DNA of 64,000 nucleotides, taken from NCBI RefSeq assembly GCF_016433145.1, contig NC_058130.1, positions 406,302,524 through 406,366,523 of the forward strand, given 5' to 3'. Made by a program: the position numbers and the translations under genes. Below, one piece after another: positions 25,067-37,929 of the stretch (its first letter is position 1; every line of letters starts with the position of its first letter). The DNA is from Gracilinanus agilis. Its lineage: Eukaryota. The notes beneath the pieces are model-generated. The model searched no databases. It saw only the letters and a program-made list of their open reading frames with translations, and was not told the DNA's origin.

Positions 25067-26082
25067 ATTGAACTGATCCCTCAAATCATTCCCTTCCCTT
25101 CTCCTCTGAAAAAAGAAAAAGGGTATGTAGGAACTCGGGCAAATACCCTTTCAGTGTTTGAAATTCTCCCTTTCCAGCCATAACTCTTCCTAGTCTCTCT
25201 TTGCAGAAGACAGTACCACACAAGCCTGCTGAAGTCCTTTCCATCCTCCCACAGCACAGCTTTGGCTCTGCTTCCCCAATCCCCAGATCTCCTTCCTTCC
25301 CCTCCCAGCTGGAAAAAAATTTCTCCCTCCTAGAATCTTTGTAGCTGGTCCCTCTCCTATCTCGGTCTAATCTGCGACTCTGTTATCCATGTGTCCCTTA
25401 CTGGACTGTAAGCTCCTTGAGGTCAATAATCAGGCCCCACTACTTTGATTCAGTCTTAGCTAATGCCTGTGGAATCGTCAGTTCCTGGTGACCGTCAGGT
25501 GTCATCAGCTATTGACACATCCGTGTGAATGAGTTTCCGTTGCTTCTCTGAGAGCTGCTTTTGATTGGGAGGAGAAAGGACAGGACTGTCACTGGGGAGT
25601 GAAAGCAGTAGAGTGTAGTGAATCATCAAGGAGGTGAGAGAAGAGCTAAGGAAGGAGAGGCTGAGGTACCTGAGGACAAACACTGCCAACTTCACAGTTT
25701 CCAGCCCGGCTTCTGTTGCCTTGACAAAACTGCTCCAAAAAAGGAACGAGGCATAGCCAAGACCTCAAATGGCTTTGTGCATGGAGCTACGAAATCACGG
25801 GCTAGACTTCCTCAAGGAAGACAGAAAAAGGATCTGGCGTTTCCTGGGTCCTCAGCAAAGTTATAAAGAAGGCCTTTCATCCTAGTACTGAAAAACTGAG
25901 ACTGCTCGATCCTGGAAAGCCCCAAGAGAGTCTTTAGGGCACCTACAACCTTTTTTACTCCCCTCCTGGGCAACTAGAAAAGGTCTGCCCTGGCTTAGAA
26001 CTCATAGAATCATTGGATTCAAGCTGAGAAGGACCTTAGAGGTTAGCTAGTCCAACACTTTCACCTAATAGTAAGAGAAACA

Positions 26083-26263
26083 GGGGATAGTTAGGTGGTT
26101 CAGTGGATTTAGAGCCAGGAAGTCCTGGATTCAAATTTGACCTCAGATACTTCCTAGCTATGTGACCCTGGGCAAGTCATTTAATCCCCATTCTCTAGCC
26201 CTTGCCATTTTGCCTTGGAACCCATACTGATTCTAAGACAGAAAGCAAGAATTTTTTTAAAAA
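26083..26263 (+). mobile_element. Opossum CORE-SINE (SINE1_Mdo-like)
   Basis: Full element flanked by direct repeat GTAAGAGAAAC at 26071 and ~26266. Confidence 0.85.
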
Positions 26264-27205
26264 TTGTAAGAGAAACCTCTTAAGTCTAGAATGGGCAAGA
26301 GTCATGTCTAAGGTCACACAGACAGCATCCCCATTATGTTGAGACTTCCACCATAAGCTAGAGAAGAGAGATCATTTACAACCTCCTCATTTTATAGAAG
26401 AGGGGATTTTTTCCCCTTTGTCACACTGTTTGGTTAAGAAGTTCTCAAGTCTCAGACTTCACAGCTTTCAGGAGATAACTGATCACTTATTTACAAAAAA
26501 GAAAAATCACTCCCAAAAGGGAAGGTAAAAATAAATAAATAACTTTGCAAGTGAAGTCTGGAAAGAAGAGACAATGAAGGAGGACAAGATGAAGCTAGGA
26601 ACTCACATTGCAGGCAGAGCTTGAAAAAATCCACACCCTAAGGATAGAGTTCTCCAAGGCTATAGATTTTGGTATTGGTTTTCTTGCTAAACATTTGAAA
26701 TTTCCTCTACCACTGCTGACACTCCATCTCCATCCCCCAACAACAAAGAAGAGGTTGTAACCAAGCAATAGAGGAGAGAAGCAAATCCTGGCCCAAGAAA
26801 AATCGGTATAATGGCATAAACCCTAGATTTGAAATGAAAGGGTAATGGTTCAAATCCCACCTGGACCACCTAGCTTTGTAACCTAAGGCAAATTATTATT
26901 CCTCTCTGAACCTCAGTTTCTTCCTCTGTAAAAAGTGAAATAAAGCTAAACAGCTCCTTTGGTGTCTGCCCCTAGACCCTCTGGTCCTAAATCATGACGA
27001 CTCTTTGTCTTCAGCATCCGGTGTCTCCCTCTGCCCTCTTTTTCTCTCCCTGGTCAGATTCTGTCCTTGGGAATAAACCAGCATTTATGCTTCAGCTGAG
27101 TTCCCACAAAGGTTGGGGGATGGAGGAAGGAGTTGCATTAGATATCTTATCACTGCTACTTAAAGTGGTCTTCCATTAAATATTTAAAGGAATCTCAGAC
27201 ATCAG

Positions 27206-27452
27206 CAGGGCAGCAAGGTGGCACAGTGGACAGAGTACAGGACATAGAGTCAGGAAGACTCATCTTCCTAAGATCAAATCTGGCTTTAGACACGTACTAG
27301 CTATGTACCCTGGACAAATCACTTTACCCCTTTTGACTCAGTTTCCTCAGTCTGTCGGATGAGTGGAGAAAGAAATGGCAAACCACTCTAGTATCTTTGC
27401 CAAGAAAACCCCAAATGGGGTCACGAGGAATTGGACGCTGCCAAACAAAAAT
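27206..27452 (+). mobile_element. MAR1 SINE
   Basis: Tail GAAATGGCAAACCACTCTAGTATCTTTGCCAAGAAAACCCCAAATGGGGTCACGAGG. Confidence 0.88.
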
Positions 27453-28992
27453 GGGTATCAGTGAACCAGTGGGTGTTGTACTGGGGGAGGAAGACAGGTA
27501 GGATGCCTTCCTCAAAGAGACTGAGGAAAGTGATGGGTTGATTGGCAAAGTTCAGGTGCCCTGTAGCCTCGGTTGCTGTCCTTGTAGGTCTTAGTTTGGG
27601 GGACCAGAAACTGAAAAAAGCTCCAAGATGAGAACCCGAAAGAGCACTGGGGAAGTTCATAACATTTTCAGAGACCCCTAAAGTTCAACCAAATACTTCA
27701 TGTATGTTTAACACCCATTTCAGGGGAAACTTCCAAATTGGTCAGGGGAAGCCCTTTATCCCAGGTTAATTTCTAATGGAACTCAGAGATTCTAATTTCC
27801 CTGACAGAGTAGAAGGTATTGGAAAACACCCATGGGGATGAGCAGGAAACCTCTGTCTACTACTTCTGTCTTTTTAGGAAGTAAAAGACAAAAACAGGCA
27901 TTTTTAAAAATTAATAGATAACATCAATGTAGAACCTACTACGTAGTAGGAACTGTGCTAAGGGTTTTGATCATCACAGCAACTCTGGGAGGTAATTGCT
28001 TCTCTTATCCTCATTTTAGAAATAGGGAAATTGGGGCAGATAGAATTAATTTTATCTGGTCACACAGTTAGTAAGTATCTAAGGCTGGATTGGAATTCGG
28101 GTCTTCCTGACTCCAGATCTAACACTCCATCCACCATAGCCCCTAGATGTAGACATCACCCAAAAGCCAAACCTTGTGAAATTTTCCTTGGGAGGCTCAA
28201 CAAACTGTTTATTCCCTTGATGTTCAAAGCTTAGTTTTCACAGGGCCATTCTGTATCTCTTCTTTATCCTGGGCATTTTAGCCCTGAGATTTGAACCCTT
28301 AGAGGGATTAGAGGAATAAGATCAGAGATTTAAAGCTGAAAGGGACCTCAGAGATTGTTTCAGGGCAACTCTTTCATTTCCAAATGAGAAAAAAGTTTCA
28401 GAGAGGCGAAATGATTTGTCCAGGTCAGATTTGAGGTAAGTAAATAGAGGCAGATTCCAAAGCCAGGAGATTTCTGACTTTCTACCATTCCAGGCTGGAG
28501 TAGAAAGGAGAGGGTGGATAATGATAGTTGTTCACATTTATATAGTGCAGTAGGGGTTACAAATCACCTTCCTCACCACTCCAGGAGGCACATAATGCAC
28601 TATTATTGTCCCCATTTTAAAAAGGAGGAAACTAAGATCAGAGTGATAAAGTCATTTGCTCTAGTCACACAGCTAGTTAAGGGTCAGAGCTGGGACTATT
28701 GATTGCCAAGCCAGGTCTCTTAGATCTAGGCATTGGTGATTTCCCAAGAAAACAGTAGAAAGAAAGAGTAGGGAATAGTAACTTGAGGGCTGAAGTGAGA
28801 AAGACAGACTTCCTCAGACATGTACTATCTTTGTAGCCTCAGCAAGCCACTTGAATTCCTCTGAACCTTGATTTCTTCATGTATAAAATGGGCATAATAG
28901 CCCCTACCTTATAGGATTGTTATGAGGATCAAATTGTGATTTGCCATATCTTAAAGTGTGCTATAAATGTCAGCTATTATAAAGGCAGAGAA

Positions 28993-29176
28993 GGGACAGC
29001 TAGTGACTCAATGGATAGAGCAGGGATTCCTGGATTCAAATCTGGCCTCAGACATTTCCTAGCTGTGTGACCTTAAATCACTTGATCCCATTTGCCCAGT
29101 CCTTACTGCTCTTCTGCCTTAGAATTTATATTCTTTATGTATTACAAGACAGAAGTTAAGGGTTAAAAAAAAAAAA
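28993..29176 (+). mobile_element. Opossum CORE-SINE (SINE1_Mdo-like)
   Basis: Full element with A-tail and flanking direct repeat AAAGGCAG. Confidence 0.85.
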
Positions 29177-29323
29177 GGCAGGGAGGAGCCTAGGTTAATA
29201 GATCATCAATTATAATGATCATTTCACCATTAATTTTTTGTCTGATCTTGGACAAGTGAATTATTTTCTATGGGTCTCAGTTCTATAGAATTAGAGCAAA
29301 AAAGGACTTTAAAGGTTTTCTAC

Positions 29324-30317
29324 CAGGAGTTTTTAATCTGGCTGACCTTCCTGAACTTGGTTTTTTAAATATATTTTAATAACACTTTTAATATTTAATA
29401 TTATTTAATATTCTTTTATCTTTATAAATATTCTTGTGTATTTTATAATTATAAAATAAAACATTTTGTACTTTAATATTATATTATTTAATATAAGTAA
29501 AATGTTTTGTGTTTTAATATTATATTATTTAATATGGCAAAATGTTTTGTGTTTAAATATTATATTATTTAATATGATAAAAATGTTTTGCATTTTAATA
29601 TTACATTATTTAAATGATAAATAAAATGTTTTGTGTTTTAATATTACATTATTTAATATGATAAATAAAATGGTTTGTGTTTTAATATTACATTATTTAA
29701 TATGACAAATAAAATGTTTTGTGTTTTAATATTATATTATTTAATATGACAAATAAAACATTTTGTGTTTTAATATTACATTATTTTAAATGACAAATAA
29801 AATGTTTTGTGTTTTGATATTATATTATTTAATATGACAAATAAAATGTTTGGTGTTTTAATATTATATTATTTAATATGACAAATAAAATGTTTGGTTT
29901 TAATATTATATTATTTAAAATGATAAAATATGTTGTGGTTTAATATTATATTATTTAATATGATAAATAAAATGTTTTGTGTTTTAATATTATATTGTTT
30001 AATATGATAAATAAAATGTTTTGTGTTTTAATATGACATTATTTGATATGATTAAAATATTTTGTGTTTTAATATTATATTGTTTAATATGATAAAGAAA
30101 ATGTTTTGTATTTTATATTATATTATTTAATGTAATAAATAAAATATCTAATATTTTTATACTATGTAATATATATTGATAACTGCTTCAAAATAGTTGG
30201 CTTCTTTTGTTGTCCAATACATTTTGTATTCTATATTTAAAAACTCTATTCTGAGAAGGGGCACGTAGGCTTCTCCAGACTGCTCAAAGGTCTATTACAC
30301 ACAAAAAAAGGACCCCT
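29324..30317. mobile_element. Charlie1-derived hAT MITE expanded by an internal minisatellite
   Basis: Left end CAGGAGTTTTTAATCTGG. The right part ATTCTGAGAAGGGG..TAGGCTTCTCCAGACTGCTCAAAGG..ACAAAAAAAGGACCCCT matches the copies at 21981 and 32075. Inserted into a MIR. Confidence 0.75.
29450..30145. repeat. AT-rich minisatellite, ~16 copies of a 40-44 bp unit
   Basis: Unit TTTTAATATTATATTATTTAATATGAYAAATAAAATGTTTTGTG repeated head to tail. Confidence 0.95.
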
Positions 30318-30662
30318 CATCTAAATTTCATTTTTACAGATGTGAAAACTGAGGTCCCGAGAGAGCAAATGAGTTGCCACACTAGGACAATGATTACTGC
30401 TCCACCTCTCTCCAGGGTGGATGAATGGGAAAGTAATTTGGAAGAAATCAAGTTGGGAAGTCCTACTGGTAAAGAAACTGCCTAAGCCCAGCAAAGGTAG
30501 GTGCCGGGGCTCCCAGGCTAAGCAGAGGGCTGTTTGTCCAAGGCAGCCCTCTGAGTCACAGCCAGAAGGCCAGACCCAGTTGGCAGGGCAGAAGCCTGGG
30601 GATTTCAGCTGCACGCAGCCCTTACTCCAGGAGAGGGTCCTGGGGCTTATCATTAGCTGGGN

Positions 30663-30664
30663 GA

Positions 30665-30750
<86 letters not shown>
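30663..30750. repeat. (GAAA)n tetranucleotide microsatellite
   Basis: About 22 perfect units, preceded by a single N at 30662. Confidence 0.98.
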
Positions 30751-30751
<1 letters not shown>

Positions 30752-30843
30752 GAGGAACTCATTATTTGGGGAGGGCAAATCAGACTCCTGTGAGCCAGAT
30801 AACAACACTTGCTAGTTTAATTTTTAGAGACTAAAAGGGAAAA

Positions 30844-31174
30844 TCCCTACAACAATCCAGGGCAATTCTGAGGGATTTATGAAAAAGAATGCTCTCTACC
30901 ATTAGAGAAAGAATTGTTGGAGTAGAAATGCAGATGAAAAATATATGATAGATCACTTGTTTATTTGGGTATAGGATTTGGGGTTTGGGTTTTACAAGAT
31001 TATTCACTTACAAAAATGAATGATATGGAAATACGTTTTGAATGATAATATATAAAATCTAGTGGAATTGCTTGTCAACTCTTGGAGGGGAGGGAAGATC
31101 ATATAACTTTGGAAAATATATATTTAAATTTGTTATTAGAATAAAATAAAGATGAAAAATTTTTTTAATAAAAT
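30844..31174 (+). mobile_element. 5'-truncated marsupial L1 (3' UTR)
   Basis: Recalled L1_Mdo 3' UTR ending in AATAAA-rich sequence. TSD AAAAGGGAAAA at 30833-30843 and 31175-31185, at a T/AAAA site. Confidence 0.82.
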
Positions 31175-32074
31175 AAAAGGGAAAACCCAGAAATGAGAAA
31201 AAGATGTAAGGGAGAGATGAGATACCCCTTGGCCCGAGAATCTTGACCTGAATTTTTTGTTTAGCTATTTGACCACTCCTTAGGCTCTCCCATGAATCAT
31301 TCTATTCATGTAAATAGGCCCAATTTCTTTTTTTTCCCCCTAGCATACAGTAGGTGCTTAATAAATGTCTGCAGAATTAAAAAGCAAATAAACACTAACA
31401 TTACAGGGTTATAGAAATTTACTCAACAAAAATCAACTTAATTATTTTCCTACTACTAAAAGAGTGGGCCCAATTTCAATGAAATTATGTTAATAATAAT
31501 AACTCATTGTGTGGTGCTATGTATTTTGTCTCAGCTTCTTCATATCCCTTCCAGGAACATTCTCCTCCCTTTGTGTGATTCTGGGTTCTCCAATGGCTTT
31601 ACCAGTAGAGGCAACTCTAGCAGGTCTTACAAAGTCAGAAGGGTTTAGATAGTACAGGGTCAAGAGTCCATTAAGTATCTGTAAAGATATCTTAAAAAAA
31701 CAACCTAGTTCAGAAAAGTTCCCTCTGAAAGACTAAGCAAGTCAGTGTCCTCAGGTGTAAAATGGAGTTAAGGACAGTGTCTGCCTCCCAGAGTTGTTGT
31801 GAGGCCCACATGAGATTGTAAAACATTTAGTTCATTGCCTGGCACATATTTATATAAAAATTATATATATATATATATAAATAATAATATAAATATATAG
31901 TAAATATATAATGTAAAAATAATAAAATAAACCCATTATTTTCATGGTTACTTTTAACCAGAGGAATCAATGAAGATCTCTAAGAAGTGAAAGGAACAAT
32001 CACACACATGAAATCAGGGGATCTTAAATACTGAAAATAAAGCAAGTTTTTATCATCTCCTCTAACTTCTATGA

Positions 32075-32272
32075 CAGTGTTCTTAACTATTTTCCTGTGC
32101 CATGGACGTTCTTGGCATTCTGGTGAAGCCTATGGACCCTTTCTTAGAATAATATTTTCAAATACATAAAATAAAATATATGGGATGCAGAAGAAACCCA
32201 AAATATTAAAACATAGTCATCCAAGCTTGTTTGTTTTAAATAAGTTCATGGGTCCCCAGGTGAAGGGGGCTA
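32075..32272. mobile_element. Charlie1-derived hAT MITE
   Basis: Starts CAGTGTTCTTAAC and contains CTGGTGAAGCCTATGGACCCTTTCTTAGAATAAT. TSD TTCTATGA / CTCTATGA (7/8). Confidence 0.82.
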
Positions 32273-32364
32273 CTCTATGATATCCATTATCAAGGGCACA
32301 TATGACTGAAAAAGAAATTAAGTCAGTCATTGTTACCTCTGAGTTACTGACAAAATGGAAGGAA

Positions 32365-32545
32365 GGGGGCTGCTAAGTGGCTCAGAGAAGAGTGAGCCAG
32401 ACCTAGGTCCTGAATTCAAATCTGACCTCAGACCCAGTGTGAATCTGGGCAAGTCATTTAACTCCAATTACCTAGCCCTTATAATTCTTCTGCCTTGGAA
32501 TCAATACTTAGTACTGATTCTAAAATGGATGGTAAGAGTTTGTTG
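32365..32545 (+). mobile_element. Opossum CORE-SINE (SINE1_Mdo-like)
   Basis: Head, CORE and GGAATCAATACTTAGTACTGATTCT tail. Confidence 0.8.
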
Positions 32546-32739
32546 TTGTTTTAATGGAAGGAAGGACTCCAATGACTGGAGGAGCTTCTGTGGGAGATTT
32601 ATGGAAAACAAAACAGGATAAGAATCATACAGAAGGATAATTTCAATCTACATCAATGGAGTCAAAACCCACATTAGTGAAATCACAAACTTATCCAAGT
32701 ATCACACTATTTCCTCTAGAGCTTATAATAAGCAAATCA

Positions 32740-33110
32740 GAGAATCTGAATATTGGGAGGGACTTCAGTGGTACCTTAGTCCAACCCAGATGAAAGGAAT
32801 CCCCTCTACAGCATCCCCCACAAGTGATCATCTAGTCTCTGCTTGGAGACCTCCAAGGAGGGAAAACTCTCAACCTCTCAAAATAATCTATTCTACTTTT
32901 GAAAGGTTTACTTCTTAAGAGATTTTTCCTAACATCAAACTTAAAATTTTTCTCTCAGCCACTTCCACCCATTGCTGTTGGTTCTGCTCTCTATGGACAA
33001 ACAAAACATCTAATCCTTCCTCCATGTGACAGTCACCTTTAAATATCTGAAAATAATTATCACATCCCCTTAATTTCCCTTCTCTAGGCAAAATATCCCC
33101 AGTTCCAGAT
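32740..33110 (-). mobile_element. CR1/L3 LINE 3' fragment
   Basis: GAATCCCCTCTACAGCATCCCCACAAGTGATCATCTAGTCTCTGCTTGGAGACCTCCA is the reverse complement of the CR1/L3 3' end. Confidence 0.75.
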
Positions 33111-33970
33111 TATCAACTGCATTTTGTGGATGAGGAAACTGAGTCTTAGGGAGTACAAAATGACTTAACCCAGGGTTACACAGCTGGTTAAGGACAAAGT
33201 TATCTCTAGATTCTAGACTCAAAGATTCTATTCCAGATTCTCCAAGTTTCAGTCCAGGGCTCATTCTCCTTCCCCACACCACTACAAATGACTAGCATTT
33301 TTTAAGACCCACATTTATATCAAGGAGTCTATTTTAGATCATCTAAAAGAAAGGAAAAAATGACATATCCCAAAAAGAGTTCTGTTAGTAACAATCCTCT
33401 CTCCTCCTCTTCCCAGTGTCTTGTCTAGTGGTTTTCCCAAGATCTGGTTGAGGAAAATGGTAAAGGATGCCTAGGGGACTAAGCTACCCTGTCTTGAGGC
33501 CAGGAGAGGGAGCTCTATCCTCAGACTCTTTTTTTTTTTTTCCCCTAGTCTCCTAGTCTGGCCTCTGAGACTAGGACCAAATCTCCTTAATTGTCTCCTC
33601 ATCCAAGACTAAAGTCCTAGGATCATAGATCAAAACCAGAAGGAACCTCAGAAGCCATCTTCTATACCCTTCCTGTTTTACAGATGAGGAAAGTGAGGCC
33701 CAGGGTTGTTGAGATTTAACTTAAACAGCTAAGAAGCATCAAAGGAAGGACTGGAACCCGGATCCTACAACCAGAATCAGTAGTTCCTAATCTCTTTAAA
33801 AGAGGGTGTTCCCATTCAACAGTGGAGCCTACTCATGGTCTCTACAAACTCAACTTGGTTACAGTCAGTGAAGAATAGTTACTAACTCAGGATATCTTCC
33901 CTTTGGTCCCTCACTTGCTTCAGCCTAATGATATAAAAAAAAAATGAAAAAAAAAAAAACTTTTAAAGTA

Positions 33971-34163
33971 GGGACTGCTAGGTGGCTCAGTGGATTGAGA
34001 GCCAGGCCTAGAGATAGGAGGTCCTGGGTTCCAATCTGGCTTCATTCACTTCCTTGCTGTGTGACCCTGGGCAAGTCACTTAACCCCCATTGCCTACCAC
34101 TCTTCTGCCTTGGAACAATACACAGGATTGATTCTAAGAAGGAAGGTAAGGGTTTATAAAAAA
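33971..34163 (+). mobile_element. Opossum CORE-SINE (SINE1_Mdo-like)
   Basis: Near-consensus full-length copy. Confidence 0.9.
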
Positions 34164-35108
34164 CACAGTGTCTAAAAATCTTATTCTGTCAAGTAGAAAG
34201 AGGATTCTTTTCAAGTGGAAGGGAGGAGTCCTAAATTCTAGTCTTGGTTCTGCTATGAAGTAACTGTGTGACCTTGGGAAAGCCTCTTGACTTCTCTGGC
34301 CCTCACTTTTCTCATCTGCAAACATGGGGGCAATAATAACTGCTCCATCTACCAAACAAGACTCCTCTGAAGTAAGCATTTTGTTAATTTAATGGCCGTA
34401 TAAATTGTCGGTTTTTCACTTTGATCTAATAAACATTTATACAATAGTTACTATACGCAAAGTTCTGATATGATGATGAAATTCAATAAACCAGAACATC
34501 TGAAGAGCAGGAAACTAGGGAAATAGGAAAACAAATGGACAAAAAATGGAACAGATTTTCCAGCATTTCTAAAATGATCTATTTTTCATTGCTGATGACA
34601 GTCGAAACATCTCGTTGGGACTCCTCACACCTCAGTTCCTCACATACAATACAAGTAAGTGGAAAAAGGGTTGAAGATGAAGATGGAATAGACTCTGGAC
34701 CAGTCCAAGAATATGCAGAAGAAATTCATACTAGAGATGGAAGTTTTAAAAGAGAAGTTCACAAGATATGTGAAAAAGGAGTGAATGTCAAATGATTGAA
34801 AAAGATGATAGGCATTGACAAAAAAGAATGAAGAGTATGTCTATAACCATCAAACCATATACCTTCTTTTTCATCTCTATGGAATTTTTTGTTGCCATTT
34901 ATTTTAATTTTACATGTAACAATATAACATGTAACATAACAATAATATAATGAATCTCTGTAAGAATGACTGAAAATGTTCTATACATGTATAAAGAAGG
35001 AAGGATATGATTTCCATCCCTATCCCCTTCTCTAATTGGTTTTTATAGGCATATGATTTAGTCACAAAGGTTTTAATGTGGTAGCAAGGTGTCAAATCTA
35101 TAAAATTT

Positions 35109-35370
35109 TAGAACTGTTGGAATCGGTGCAGATCAGAGCAGATTCTTTCACATCAGTTTATTTGCAGTTTTATTTGGGGGTTTTACTTTTGTATGGCTGT
35201 GCTCTTACAACAATGACCAACATGGAGGTGCGTTTTGCCAGACCAAATTGCTTACCAACTCCAAGTTGGGGAATGGAGAGAGCCAGTTTGGATCATATAA
35301 TTGTGGAAAATGTATAATGAAAAGTATTATTATATGTAACTGGAAAAATAAAAATATCTTTGAGTGGAAA
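35109..35370 (+). mobile_element. 5'-truncated marsupial L1 (3' UTR)
   Basis: L1 3' UTR-like sequence with 15-bp TSD AAATCTATAAAATTT at 35094-35108 and 35371-35385. Confidence 0.78.
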
Positions 35371-36229
35371 AAATCTATAAAATTTCAACCACACCCATTG
35401 GCCACTTATATGTAAACCTCTCTCTGGGTAGATCGAAAGGGAGTAACCTCACTGGATAGGCAAAAATTAGGGATGCTTTTATGGCACTGTATAACTAAGC
35501 CCCAAATGAATTCGGAGTGAGTGCAGGCTTGAAGCAGACTGCAAAGGAGACCTCTGTACAAGGGACCAGGAACAAATGTCTTTCTCTTCTCTTCTTTTGG
35601 TTATTTTGCTTTGAAGCAGTGCTATTTGACCAAGAGAAGACACCACATCCATCAAGGAACAATGGCATTCACTCCAGACAGACACAAATGCAGAGAGGCA
35701 GTTGCGTGAGAGATAAATATGCTTCCAAGTACTCGGCCCCTCGCAGCAGATAAGAGATTGCTGTGGACTCCAAGAGAGCTAGTGCTGGCAATCAAGAATT
35801 CTCATAAGGGAAGCTAAGTGACCTGCCCAACAGAGAAGTTATGTATGCCCAGAGTAGAGCTTTTTGTAAGGACTCCTTGAGAAGAAAATGGACTTGCAAG
35901 CCCTAAAGTACCAGAATTGTGCGTTGTCTTGGCACGTGTGTTCCCTGCATTTGTACCTCACTACCATTGTTCCTTATGTTTATTCCCACTTATTGTGGGA
36001 CAATGTGCCCCAGATTGTAGCTACTGTTTTTATGGACATTTTAGGAAATATCTTTGCTAATAGCTAAGCTAACTGTTAATGGGAAATTTACTAGGAGGGG
36101 CTTGTGAGCTATAGTTTTAGAAATAAAGCCCCACAGAGGTACCCTTAGAACCTGAGGCAGCAGCTTCTCTGATGAGAACCATCCCTCCAATTAGAGTGTA
36201 AGTCTGGGTTACCCCACAATGGGATGTTA

Positions 36230-37270
36230 AACATGTATCAATAAAGGGTAGGAATGAAACTTTCCCTTATGGAAAATATGTGAAGAGAATAGGTTGGCTT
36301 TCCCAAAGGATTTTCTATAAAAGATCTTACAATTTACTGAAATGTACAGAGAATACAAGATTCTACTATTTATTGGACTTGGTAGAGCAAAAGACAATCC
36401 TAAAGATTCCCCTCCAACAGGGTGACTCCCAAGATGTGCCAAGATCGTGGAAAATTCCTTGATGTGTTTCCACAGAGATAACTTTGTTCAACCATCCTCT
36501 GATTATCAATATCCACCAAGATACAAAAGAGGTAGTTGTAGCCATGCCAAAAGTATTTGCTGCTGTCTTTGAGAATATCCTGCACAGAGTCCAAATAAAA
36601 AAAGGATTCTCCCTCAGTGGCGAGGTCCTCCAGATATTCCTGTTGGCAGATAACTTGTTTTGGAGAGTGCTGATGGGATCAGGGCCTCCTCCTTGAGAAG
36701 CATGACTTCCTAGAAGAGTTCTCCCTAACCATCCACATGGGATGAAATGAACCCAAATGAACAAAGGGCATCCCTTGTCCAGAAACCTTTAGTTTGGTCC
36801 ATCTTGGACAGGAACAAGAAGCTAGGCCCAGAAATTAAGAGGAGGATGCAGAAAGGATGCATTGAATCTAGAAAATTATGCAGTGCTTTCAACCATGCCA
36901 AGCTGCTCCCTGATTTAAATAAACAAACAACCACCCAAACACACACACACACACACACAAATCTTTTTTGAATACCAGCATACTCCAGGTGATATTGTGT
37001 GGTTATGAATCACAGAACACCATGTTCTCAGAAGAATCAAAATTGTGGGCAGAACCAAAGGGCAAATGAAGAGGCCAATGGTGGGTGTAAGTAGGCTCCA
37101 GCATATTATCATCAGGAATGACTTGTAAGCAAGAAACGGCATAAGAGATGTCATTCAGGAAAGGTAGGATCAGAAAAGGGGGTGGTGGGCTGGTCCCAGA
37201 GTGACAGTGAAGGCTCAGATGGACAGCCTGAGTGCTGAAATGGTATTCCAAAGGAAGGGCTTCTATGCTT
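36230..37270 (+). mobile_element. Degraded RTE-clade non-LTR retrotransposon, RT region
   Basis: ORF 36484-36696 gives PLIINI..PKVFAAVFENILHRVQIKKGFSLSGEVLQIFLLADNL (RT motifs, with LADN in place of FADD). ORF 36747-36971 gives LGPEIKRR..KLCSAFNHAKLLP. The downstream sequence fits the RTE C-terminal MLYGCE..RWAGH..W region. Many frameshifts and a (CA)n insertion at ~36918-36960. Confidence 0.85.
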
Positions 37271-37929
37271 TGAGTAAACATCTTCTATTCAATTAGATTC
37301 CATGGGTTTATTTATTTATTAAGTGCTGTATCCAGTACTGAGTCAGCTAGGTGCTATGCCCGACTTGGGGTCAGTAACTTCTGAGTTCTAATCCTGCCTC
37401 ACATCCTTTCTACCTTGGGCATGACACTGAAGCTCAGCCCCAGTTTCCCCAGTGAATAAAATAGGCATGGTAATAGTACCTACCTCAGGTGAAGATCAAA
37501 TCAGAATATATATATATATATATATATAAAGTGCTTTAAAATGCTGGCCAAAAAAATTATTTATGTACATAAATAATTTTTTAAAGCCATCTCTGGCCTC
37601 TAGGAGCTTGCTTCCTCTCTGGGAGTTATGGGAGAGCATGGACAAGCATTACCCAGAAAGGGAAGGCAGAGATGGTTTGTATTCTGGATTGAGTATACAA
37701 AAGATGAGCTGATGGATGCTTTGGACTTTTCTGAGGATGGTGGTGGAGGGAAAAGAGCGCAGGATCCAGGATCAGACTTCCCTCTGCCATGCACCCCACA
37801 GTGCCTTTGGGCGAATCCCTTTGTCTTCGGAACCCCAGTTTCCTCCTGGGTCCAAAGAGGGGCTGGAAATCCATGCTCTCCAAGGTCTGTTCCAGCTCCA
37901 GCATTCTCTTATTCTATGTTAGGAGGGTT

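Noticed and set aside
29450-30145. CRISPR-like appearance of regular repeats, here and at 56.2-57.5 kb
   Set aside because: These are head-to-tail units without unique spacers, or with microsatellite spacers. The context is mammalian and there are no cas genes.
34480-35080. Possible additional rearranged L1 fragments
   Set aside because: The purine-rich, L1-like composition is suggestive, but I could not fix the family, strand or boundaries reliably.
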